A stretch of 13,417 nucleotides of DNA from Verrucomicrobiota bacterium (GTDB lineage Bacteria; Verrucomicrobiota; Lentisphaeria; Lentisphaerales; Lentisphaeraceae). Both the position numbers and the translations under genes were made by a program. Location of the stretch: contig JBDKFG010000096.1 of assembly GCA_039798785.1 (NCBI GenBank), positions 1 to 13,417 of the forward strand, given 5' to 3'. The notes beneath the pieces are model-generated. The model had not been told where the DNA came from. It ran no database searches and saw only the letters and a program-made list of their open reading frames with translations. This document shows, piece by piece, positions 1 to 8,085 of the stretch (within the stretch, counting starts at the first letter, position 1; each line of letters starts with the position of its first letter).

Positions 1-64
1 ACAGGTGGACTACGCCTGGGCGTTCACGGCTAAAGTGTTCGGTCGCTATTTTCTGGTCAGCCAT
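1..64 (-). CDS. 5' part of a CDS running off the window (MADQKIATEHFSRERPGVVHL...), product unknown
   Basis: Minus-strand ATG at 64-62 preceded by GGAGG 6 nt upstream; frame open to the window edge; only 21 codons visible. Confidence 0.5.
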   Translation of the reverse strand, partial: MADQKIATEHFSRERPGVVHL

Positions 65-190
65 GACTTGCCTCCGACGAGTTGAGTGCCAATGGCTAAC
101 AATTAGGCTGCAAACACTCTTATTCAATAGCCAAAGCGAAAATTTATAAGCCTTTTTCGGCGTTGCTGGCTTAAGTCGCCCCCTGCATCT

Positions 191-357
191 GAAATCGTTG
201 CAAGTTATTTAAATCAAGTCTTTTGAGCAAGTCGGAGTGCTTCGTTTTGGCAAGTTATTTAAATCAAGTCTTTTGAGCAAGTCGGAGTAATTCGTTTTGA
301 AATCGTTGCAAGTTATTTAAATCGAGTCTTTTGAGCAAGTCGGAGAAATTCGTTTTG
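191..357. repeat. Non-coding tandem direct repeat, 3 copies of a 50 bp core
   Basis: Core GCAAGTTATTTAAATC(A/G)AGTCTTTTGAGCAAGTCGGAG-NNN-TTCGTTTTG at 200-249, 250-299 and 308-357. Copies 1 and 3 are preceded by GAAATCGTT. Periods are 50 and 58 bp. Confidence 0.95.
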
Positions 358-374
358 AAGGAAGCTCCCATTGT

Positions 375-860
375 TTAGAAGGCTATAGGCTTGCCGAGCG
401 ATAGAGCCGCCGCGGTCAGTTCCTTCATTTGAGAATGAAAGTGGGAGAGGAATTTTTTCGCGTGCGATGAGCTGCATTCCAATAATGGAAGTTGATCTAT
501 TTCTTGTTGAATATTTTGAATTGTTTCAAGATCTAAAAAGTCACCGCAATGAACACCGTTATACACCACCCGAGTGAGGATAATCGGGAACAGATCCGGC
601 TTCCGCATTAACTCGGATCGCACATGTTCGATGGTGGCAATGTTACCAAGGAAATGATGGATGAAAATTCGATCGGGGTGCTCGCATGAAGACAGAAGCC
701 ACTTATCGAAGCCAAGAGCTTGTTCTATTGGCATTCGATTGCAGTCTTCATACTCCAAAGCGCCACACTTAGAAACATAAAGCGACATGCCTTCTGGTGG
801 CGGCGAAATGAGCCGCCCCTTTTCGTAGCAATCGCAGTAAACGCAGGCATCAAGGCTCAT
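375..860 (-). CDS. Hypothetical protein, Cys/His-containing (161 aa from MSLDACVYCDC)
   Basis: ORF 375..902. The ATG at 860 is preferred because it overlaps the upstream gene by only 11 nt. AT-rich relative to the core genes. Confidence 0.75.
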   Translation of the reverse strand: MSLDACVYCDCYEKGRLISPPPEGMSLYVSKCGALEYEDCNRMPIEQALGFDKWLLSSCEHPDRIFIHHFLGNIATIEHVRSELMRKPDLFPIILTRVVYNGVHCGDFLDLETIQNIQQEIDQLPLLECSSSHAKKFLSHFHSQMKELTAAALSLGKPIAF

Positions 861-1239
861 TGGATTGTTTTTTTCTAAGTTTTTCAGAAAGATTAAAAAC
901 ATCCTTGCAGACGTCTAAATTGCACCTGATTTCGCTAAATGTATTATCCAATATCGCCTTGGTTAAACATTGATTCGTTCCTTCTATCATGCAAATAAAT
1001 CCATTTTCATCCGGAGGTAATTTCTCGACTTCGAAACATATGTCATCAATCTCTCTTTTTAGCTGAGAGATATCCGAATCTTGAATATCCCCCGATGAAG
1101 AACATAAGAATGATGCAATATGCAAAGGGGAAAAGTCAAACGCATTAATCCCACAGCAATCCGCTACACATAATTTCTCACAATAAGAAAATAAGTATTT
1201 CAACTGTCCTTGAGGTGATATTTTTTCTAGTTTTATCAT
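850..1239 (-). CDS. Hypothetical protein resembling the DUF6331 family
   Basis: 129 aa; CEKLCVADCCGINAFDF motif recalled as DUF6331-like; ATGA overlap with the upstream gene at 1236-1239. Confidence 0.7.
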   Translation of the reverse strand: MIKLEKISPQGQLKYLFSYCEKLCVADCCGINAFDFSPLHIASFLCSSSGDIQDSDISQLKREIDDICFEVEKLPPDENGFICMIEGTNQCLTKAILDNTFSEIRCNLDVCKDVFNLSEKLRKKQSNEP

Positions 1240-1667
1240 TTTCCATTGCCTTTATTATTAATTATTAAATCCATGACATAATCCAGACACAGAACTTCAA
1301 TTACATGGTCATATGTTTGAAAAATAAAATGCCTATGATTTTTTGTGACTTTAGATAGCGATGTTGTGCACCTTGCGATCCACTCAGATTTTTTAACTTC
1401 ATCGAAGGATGATGGGGGCCAAACTTGATTTCTGGATGCTTCCCAAGTATCTAATTCAGTAATTTGGTGCGCTAAAACCCCGGAAAATTTGATTCTGTAC
1501 GACTGAAAACGAACGCCATCAGGAGGCTTGGATGCTAATCGACAATTAATGCTGCCAATGGCCACTAAGGAGTTGCAACAATCCGGAAGGGTGATTTCAT
1601 TCAAGTAAATGGCATCACGACCATTGAGAACACCAACAGGTGTTATGATGGGGACCAACTCTTGCAT
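1236..1667 (-). CDS. Hypothetical protein (143 aa), immunity-protein-like size and context
   Basis: GGAGG RBS at 1679-1675; ATG at 1667; first of three overlapping AT-rich ORFs. Confidence 0.8.
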   Translation of the reverse strand: MQELVPIITPVGVLNGRDAIYLNEITLPDCCNSLVAIGSINCRLASKPPDGVRFQSYRIKFSGVLAHQITELDTWEASRNQVWPPSSFDEVKKSEWIARCTTSLSKVTKNHRHFIFQTYDHVIEVLCLDYVMDLIINNKGNGK

Positions 1668-1725
1668 TTTAATGCCTCCATAATGTTTAATGGGGACCTA
1701 TCCCTTATTGCCCGCCCCCAATTTG

Positions 1726-2286
1726 TCAAGAAGCGGTGAGTTTGGCGATGCCGCTGAGCAGGTGGCGGAAGCTGGTGGAGGCATTCTGGCCATCCAGCTT
1801 GAGGTGCGGCGCGATGACGCGGCTGCCGGCGATTTCCTCATAGGCGTCTTTGGTCAAGCGCTCAAGCTCCTGCTTGGCATTGCCCAAGGCGTCCGGGTCG
1901 CGGAATTTCCTGCCCAGCTGCTGTTTTTGCAGCCCGGTCTTCTGTAGGCCAGCTTCCACGGCGGCCAGATCGCCGAGGTAGAAGCTCTCCATTTCATGAC
2001 AGGCGATGCGCACCAGGAACTTAGTCTGGCCGGAAGCCCGGCATTTCTCCATCAGTCTTTGCTTGAGGACTGTGCAGTCACCCTGGTCCTTGTCGCGTAG
2101 CACCAGAAAGCGGCTGTCCGGCGTCAGCCATCCGCGCATCTTGCGCTCAAGCTGCTTTTCGAGATCCTGCTTGCCCTCGAAGGGGATGACTTGATGGCTG
2201 ACGCCAGCGGGCAGAAGCTTGGGGAGTAGGGTGTCAAGCAGAATCTTCTCCGCTTTGCCTTCGACGAAACACACCAGCGTGCTCAT
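1726..2286 (-). CDS. DUF4276-family / RloB-like TOPRIM-fold protein
   Basis: Start MSTLVCFVEG at 2286 has an ATGA overlap with the ATPase stop. FVEG glutamate, RDKD (DxD) and EMESFYLGD motifs are typical of DUF4276 partners of AAA_21 ATPases. Confidence 0.8.
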   Translation of the reverse strand: MSTLVCFVEGKAEKILLDTLLPKLLPAGVSHQVIPFEGKQDLEKQLERKMRGWLTPDSRFLVLRDKDQGDCTVLKQRLMEKCRASGQTKFLVRIACHEMESFYLGDLAAVEAGLQKTGLQKQQLGRKFRDPDALGNAKQELERLTKDAYEEIAGSRVIAPHLKLDGQNASTSFRHLLSGIAKLTAS

Positions 2287-3467
2287 CGGGGGTCGGCTCC
2301 GAAGAATAAGCCCTGCTTCCACAGGTAGCCCATCTTGTCGCCGTCTTTCATGTAGGCCGAGATCTGCTCGTCATCGCTGGCCCGGCGGAGTTCGCTGACG
2401 CCGTCCTTCTTGACCAGCCAATAGACTTCGTCGAGCTTGGCGCCGTTGAGCAGGTCGGGCGAGTGGGTGGAGACGAAGGCTTGGCCGCCGCGTTTGGCGT
2501 AGGCGCGGAATTCCTCCGCCAATTCGTCCATCAAGCTGGGGTAGAGCTGGTTCTCCGGCTCCTCGATCGCCAGCAGCGGAAAGGGGCGCGGATCGTAGAG
2601 CATCACCAGGTAGGCGAACATCTTGATCGTGCCATCGGAAACGTGGCGGGCGATGAAGGGGTCCTTGAACTTGCCATCCTGGAAGCGCAGCAGCATCCGC
2701 CCGTCCTCCATCGGCTTGGCTTCGACTTGGGAAACACCGGGAACGCGCAGCTTCATTTGCTCCAGCACGCGGGCGAAGATTTCGGGGTGGTTCTCCTTCA
2801 GGTGACGGGCCACCAAGGCGAGGTTGTCGCCGCGGGTAGAGAGATGCTCGGCGACGCCATCGGGCACGCTCGGGCGGGCTTCGGCGATGTGGAAGTCCGA
2901 GATGAACCAGCTGTCGATCAGATCGCAGAACTCCGAAGCGATGCGAAACTTCTGGAACTGGCCGAGGCCGGTGATGGCGAGCACATCGGGGCTCTTGAGA
3001 ATCTGCTCCTCCCGCTTCTCCTTCACTCCTTCCTTGCCGTAATCCGCCTCGTTGGTGATGGCGCTTCCCTGGCCTTCCGTGAAGTCCAGGAAGTGCCAGG
3101 CTTGCCCGCGAGTGCCGCGGCGAAACTTGAGGACCTCCCGTTTCACCACCGGCCGCCTCTGCTCGTTCAGACCGACGCTAAGCTCGTAGGTCGCCAGGCG
3201 CCCGCCGGATTCGCGGAATTTGAAACTCATCTCGATAGGACCTTCGCTGTCGCGAGTGACTACTTGATCGAAGCCGCCGCGCTTGTTCAAGGCCACGCTG
3301 ACATTGTCGCGGATGGAGTCCTTGAGGAAGCTGAAGGCATCGAAGAAGGTGCTCTTGCCGCTGCCATTGGCGCCTACCAGGAAGCAGAGACGGGGAATGC
3401 CCTTCATTTCCACATGGCGCAAGGCTTTGTAGTTTTTGATCTTGATCTCTTCGATGCTGGCGTTCAT
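2283..3467 (-). CDS. ABC-type/AAA_21 family ATPase (non-transporter, COG4637-like)
   Basis: N-terminal IKIKNYKAL strand, Walker A GANGSGKS, signature-like VSDGT, Walker B IEEPEN, H-loop STHS; no TM segments. Confidence 0.92.
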   Translation of the reverse strand: MNASIEEIKIKNYKALRHVEMKGIPRLCFLVGANGSGKSTFFDAFSFLKDSIRDNVSVALNKRGGFDQVVTRDSEGPIEMSFKFRESGGRLATYELSVGLNEQRRPVVKREVLKFRRGTRGQAWHFLDFTEGQGSAITNEADYGKEGVKEKREEQILKSPDVLAITGLGQFQKFRIASEFCDLIDSWFISDFHIAEARPSVPDGVAEHLSTRGDNLALVARHLKENHPEIFARVLEQMKLRVPGVSQVEAKPMEDGRMLLRFQDGKFKDPFIARHVSDGTIKMFAYLVMLYDPRPFPLLAIEEPENQLYPSLMDELAEEFRAYAKRGGQAFVSTHSPDLLNGAKLDEVYWLVKKDGVSELRRASDDEQISAYMKDGDKMGYLWKQGLFFGADPR

Positions 3468-3542
3468 AGAGTTCTCAGATTTTTAGCAGTTTATTTTGAT
3501 GCCAGACATTCGATCATCGACATCGATTTGACCAGGAAAACC

Positions 3543-4736
<1,194 letters not shown>

Positions 4737-4859
4737 GTTGCGGATCTCCTGAGGGGTTTGCGATGATCGCGCAAGATAGCCCGGGCGACGGCGCTGACAA
4801 AATCCTCCAGGAGGCCACTGGGCAAAAAGGCGAAATTTTGAGGAAAATGAAGAAAGACC

Positions 4860-5543
4860 TCAGCGCAGGAGGTTGAACTTGACGATGTACCAGAGGGCTT
4901 TGAAGCCGTCGCGCCAGGTGATCTTCTTGCCGGCGTCGTAGTTGCGGGGCTCGTAATAGATCGGCACCTCGAAGATGCGGAGCTTCATCTTCGCCAGCTT
5001 GGCGGTGATCTCGGGCTCGAAGCCGAAGCAGTGGCACTCGATGGTCATTCCCCTGAAGATGTCGGCGCGGATCATCTTGTAGCAGGTTTCCATGTCGGTG
5101 AGATGGAGATTGGTGAGCAGATTCGAGCACAAGGTGAGAAAGCGGTTGCCGTAGTAGTGGACGAAGGTGTCGACCATGACTTCGTTGCCACTGTAGCGGG
5201 AGCCGAAGACGGCATCGGCCTGGCGTTCGTGGAAGAACTTCCACATCTTGGTGTATTCCGCCGGATCGTATTCGAGGTCGGCGTCCTGGATGATGACGAC
5301 ATCGCCACTGACGGCGGCCTGACCGGTGCGGATGGCGGCGCCCTTGCCCTGGTTGCGCTCGTGGTGGAGGATCTTCAGATCTGGCGCGGGCGGGAGGGAC
5401 TCGAGAATTTCCCGGGTCCGGTCGCGGGAACAGTCGTTGACGATGATCACCTCTTTATCGATCGGCACCGCCCGGACCCGTTCGAGAATGGCGAGGATGG
5501 TCTTCTCTTCGTTGTAAGCGGGGATGATGACGGAGAGTTTCAT
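4860..5543 (-). CDS. Glycosyltransferase family 2, DPM1/polyprenol-phosphate glycosyltransferase-like
   Basis: SVIIPAYNEE, VNDCSRD, NQGKGAA, QDADLEYDP, TDMETCYK, FGFEPEIT and GKKITWRDG motifs. Confidence 0.92.
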   Translation of the reverse strand: MKLSVIIPAYNEEKTILAILERVRAVPIDKEVIIVNDCSRDRTREILESLPPAPDLKILHHERNQGKGAAIRTGQAAVSGDVVIIQDADLEYDPAEYTKMWKFFHERQADAVFGSRYSGNEVMVDTFVHYYGNRFLTLCSNLLTNLHLTDMETCYKMIRADIFRGMTIECHCFGFEPEITAKLAKMKLRIFEVPIYYEPRNYDAGKKITWRDGFKALWYIVKFNLLR

Positions 5544-5660
5544 GCGACTGGATGGGGCTGGGCTGGGCTGTTAGTGAAAGGCTGGCAATAGACTCCGCTC
5601 CTGCCTTCTCGCAACTTGCGCTGGCGCCGCTAAGTTCGCCGGCGGAATGAGGAAATCCAA

Positions 5661-6134
5661 ATGAAGATCACCCTTTTGACCCATGGCAGGACCGGCAGCG
5701 GCTGGATCCGCGACGGCATCGCCGAATACGAAGGCCGGCTGCAGCACTATCTCAAGTACGAGCATTTGGCCCTGCCCGACCTGAAAGGCCTGGGAGGCTT
5801 GCCGAAGGCCGAGCAGATGCGCAAGGAGGGGGAACTGCTGCTCAGCCGGATCAAGACCGGCGACCTGCTGCTCCTCCTCGATGAAAAGGGCAAGTCCCTC
5901 GGCTCGGAGGACTTCGCCCGCGACTTGCAAGGGCTGTTCAACCGCGGTCCACGCCAGCTGGTCTTCGCCGTCGGCGGCCCCTACGGCTTCGGCGACGAGG
6001 TGCGGCGCGCCGCCTCTGGCTCCTTTTCCTTGTCGAAGATGACTTTCACCCACGACATGGTGAGGCTTTTCTTCACCGAACAGCTTTACCGGGCCATGAC
6101 CATCCTCAAGGGCGAGAAGTATCACCACTCGTGA
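5661..6134 (+). CDS. rlmH: 23S rRNA pseudouridine-1915 N3-methyltransferase (SPOUT)
   Basis: 157 aa; LLDEKGK, FAVGGPYG, SLSKMTFTHDMVRLFFTEQLYRA and GEKYH motifs; GAGG RBS. Confidence 0.95.
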   Translation: MKITLLTHGRTGSGWIRDGIAEYEGRLQHYLKYEHLALPDLKGLGGLPKAEQMRKEGELLLSRIKTGDLLLLLDEKGKSLGSEDFARDLQGLFNRGPRQLVFAVGGPYGFGDEVRRAASGSFSLSKMTFTHDMVRLFFTEQLYRAMTILKGEKYHHS

Positions 6135-6143
6135 TTCGGACTC

Positions 6144-6177
6144 TTGCCTGGAAAGTCAGCCGGAGCTATATCATAGC
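6144..6177 (+). promoter_or_regulatory. Putative sigma70-type promoter for the cupin-protease-DMT unit, overlapped by a short inverted repeat
   Basis: TTGCCT (6144-6149) - 17 nt - TATATC (6167-6172); GCTAT-ATC-ATAGC inverted repeat at 6165-6177. Confidence 0.35.
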
Positions 6178-6246
6178 CATCCTGTGGCCGGCCGAAAAAC
6201 GCGGCCGTCGAACGTCTAGCTTTCAGCATCATCCCGGAGCCCTGCC

Positions 6247-6972
6247 ATGCCCATCAGCGACCGCCGTCAGTTCATCACTCTGAGCGCCAAGGCCTTTCTC
6301 GCCGCCCAGGCCCTCCTGCCGCTGCTGGCCGGCTGTTCGGCCGCGCCGGCGGCTCCGGCCGCTTCGCCCCCTCCCCTGCTCACCTGGGAACAGTTGCTCG
6401 CCCGCCTCCGCCAGATCTCGGAAGTCCAGTTCACTCCGGGCTGGGATCAGGAGAGCCAGGTGCGAGATGTCGAAGCCGCCCTGCGGATCGCCGATCTCGA
6501 CTGCCGGCAAGTCCGCGACTTCTGCGCCAGCTACAAAAACAGCCGCAAGGACTTCCCGGAAATCCGGGTGATGCATGAAGAGCGCTCTTTCCAGATCTCG
6601 ATGCTCGAGTTCGAGCCTGGCGAGTTCATCCCTCTGCACGACCACCCGGGGATGACGGGAGTCGCCTTCTGCACCGAAGGGGAAGTCGAAGTCAAGGCCT
6701 ACGACCCGCAGGGCGAGATCAGCAATCAACGCCTCTGGCTCAAGCCCCGTCCCACCGTCATCGCCAGCCCCGGCCTCGCCTGCACCCTCACCGCGACACG
6801 CGGCAACATCCACTCCTTGAAAGCGACGCGCTTCACCCGGATGATCGACATCTTCGCCCCGCCCTACAGCCGGGAGATCATCAGCCGCTGCCGCTTCTAC
6901 GCCCCCCTCGGCGAACTCAACCCCGAGGGACTGCTGGAGACCGAAGTCCGCCTCTCCCCTCCCTCGAACTGA
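6247..6972 (+). CDS. Tat-signal lipoprotein with a thiol dioxygenase cupin of ADO/plant cysteine oxidase (PCO_ADO) type
   Basis: D-R-R-Q-F-I twin-arginine motif, lipobox LAGC (C30), Ala/Pro linker, IPLHDHPGM (H131/H133), GNIH (H189), DIFAPPY-x7-C; GGAG RBS. Confidence 0.8.
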   Translation: MPISDRRQFITLSAKAFLAAQALLPLLAGCSAAPAAPAASPPPLLTWEQLLARLRQISEVQFTPGWDQESQVRDVEAALRIADLDCRQVRDFCASYKNSRKDFPEIRVMHEERSFQISMLEFEPGEFIPLHDHPGMTGVAFCTEGEVEVKAYDPQGEISNQRLWLKPRPTVIASPGLACTLTATRGNIHSLKATRFTRMIDIFAPPYSREIISRCRFYAPLGELNPEGLLETEVRLSPPSN

Positions 6973-6990
6973 ATCGTCCAGGAACACGCC

Positions 6991-8085
6991 ATGAACGCCA
7001 AAGCCTTCTTCGCCCTGTCCCTCGCCCTCAGCAGCGCCTACCTCCTCGGCACCCGCAGCTCCTGCGCCGACACCAGCGCCGCGACTCCTCCGCCGAAGCC
7101 GATCCCAGCCTATCTGGGGGCTGATGAAACCAACAACATCAAGATCTTCGAAGAGGGTGTCTCCTCGGTGGTCCACATCACCAACCTCCGCATCGCCCGC
7201 CGCGGCTTCTTCTCCGATCCGGTGAAGATCCCCGCCGGCACCGGTTCCGGTTTCGTCTGGGATGAACAGGGCCACATCGTCACCAACTACCATGTCATCG
7301 AAGGCGGCAGCGATTTCCAAGTCTCCTTCCATCAGGACTCCGCCAATTACGAAGCCAAGCTGGTCGGAACCTGCCCCCGCCTCGACGTCGCCGTGCTGAA
7401 ACTGGTGAAGAAGCCCCGCAGCCTCAGACCGCTGCGCAGCGCCTCGTCGCAGGAGCTCCGGGTCGGCCAGAAAGCCATCGCCATCGGCAACCCCTTCGGC
7501 CTCGACCACACCCTGACCACCGGCGTCGTCTCCGCCCTCGGACGCAGCATCGAAGGCGGCGGGGGGGTCGAAATCCGCGACATGATCCAGACCGACGCCG
7601 CGATCAACCCCGGCAACTCCGGCGGCCCCCTCCTCGACTCCCGCGGCTTCCTCATCGGCATGAACACGGTCATTTACTCCGGCTCGGGAAGCTCCGCCGG
7701 CATCGGCTTCGCCGTCCCCTCCGACGCCATCTCCTACATCGTCCCGATGCTGATCGAACACGGCCACGAAGTGCGTCCCAGCCTCGGCATCGTCATCCTT
7801 CCCGACCCCTGGCTGAAGCGCTTCGGGGTGATGGAAGGCGTCGGCATCCAGGAGCTCGCCGAGGGCGGCCCGGCCGCCAAGGCCGGCTTGCAAGGCGTCA
7901 GCGAAGACCGCCGCGGCATCTACCTCGGCGACGTCATCGTATCGATCGACGGCGAAGCGGTGCGGGGCATTTCCGACCTCTACTATCTCCTCGCCAAGAA
8001 GAAGGCGGGCGACGAAGTCATTCTCGGCATCCTGCGCAAGGGCAAGAAGGAGACCATGAAGCTCACCTTGGCGTCGGGAACTTGA
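6991..8085 (+). CDS. HtrA/Deg-family (S1C) serine protease with one PDZ domain and an N-terminal export signal
   Basis: GTGSGFVWD, TNYH (H101), DVAVL (D132), IQTDAAINPGNSGG (S210); C-terminal PDZ (GGPAAKAGL...GDVIVSIDG); AGGA RBS. Confidence 0.95.
   Translation: MNAKAFFALSLALSSAYLLGTRSSCADTSAATPPPKPIPAYLGADETNNIKIFEEGVSSVVHITNLRIARRGFFSDPVKIPAGTGSGFVWDEQGHIVTNYHVIEGGSDFQVSFHQDSANYEAKLVGTCPRLDVAVLKLVKKPRSLRPLRSASSQELRVGQKAIAIGNPFGLDHTLTTGVVSALGRSIEGGGGVEIRDMIQTDAAINPGNSGGPLLDSRGFLIGMNTVIYSGSGSSAGIGFAVPSDAISYIVPMLIEHGHEVRPSLGIVILPDPWLKRFGVMEGVGIQELAEGGPAAKAGLQGVSEDRRGIYLGDVIVSIDGEAVRGISDLYYLLAKKKAGDEVILGILRKGKKETMKLTLASGT

Noticed and set aside
191..357. CRISPR interpretation of the tandem repeat
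   Set aside because: No unique spacers (only a 3 nt variable patch and an 8 nt indel) and no cas genes in the window
375..1725. Integron attC sites between the small AT-rich genes
   Set aside because: The genes overlap, leaving no room for attC sites; no integrase is visible
1700..1729. Perfect minus-strand TTGACA (1729-1724) upstream of the AT-rich block
   Set aside because: No convincing -10 hexamer at 16-18 bp spacing (TAAGGG/AAGGGA/AGGGAT)
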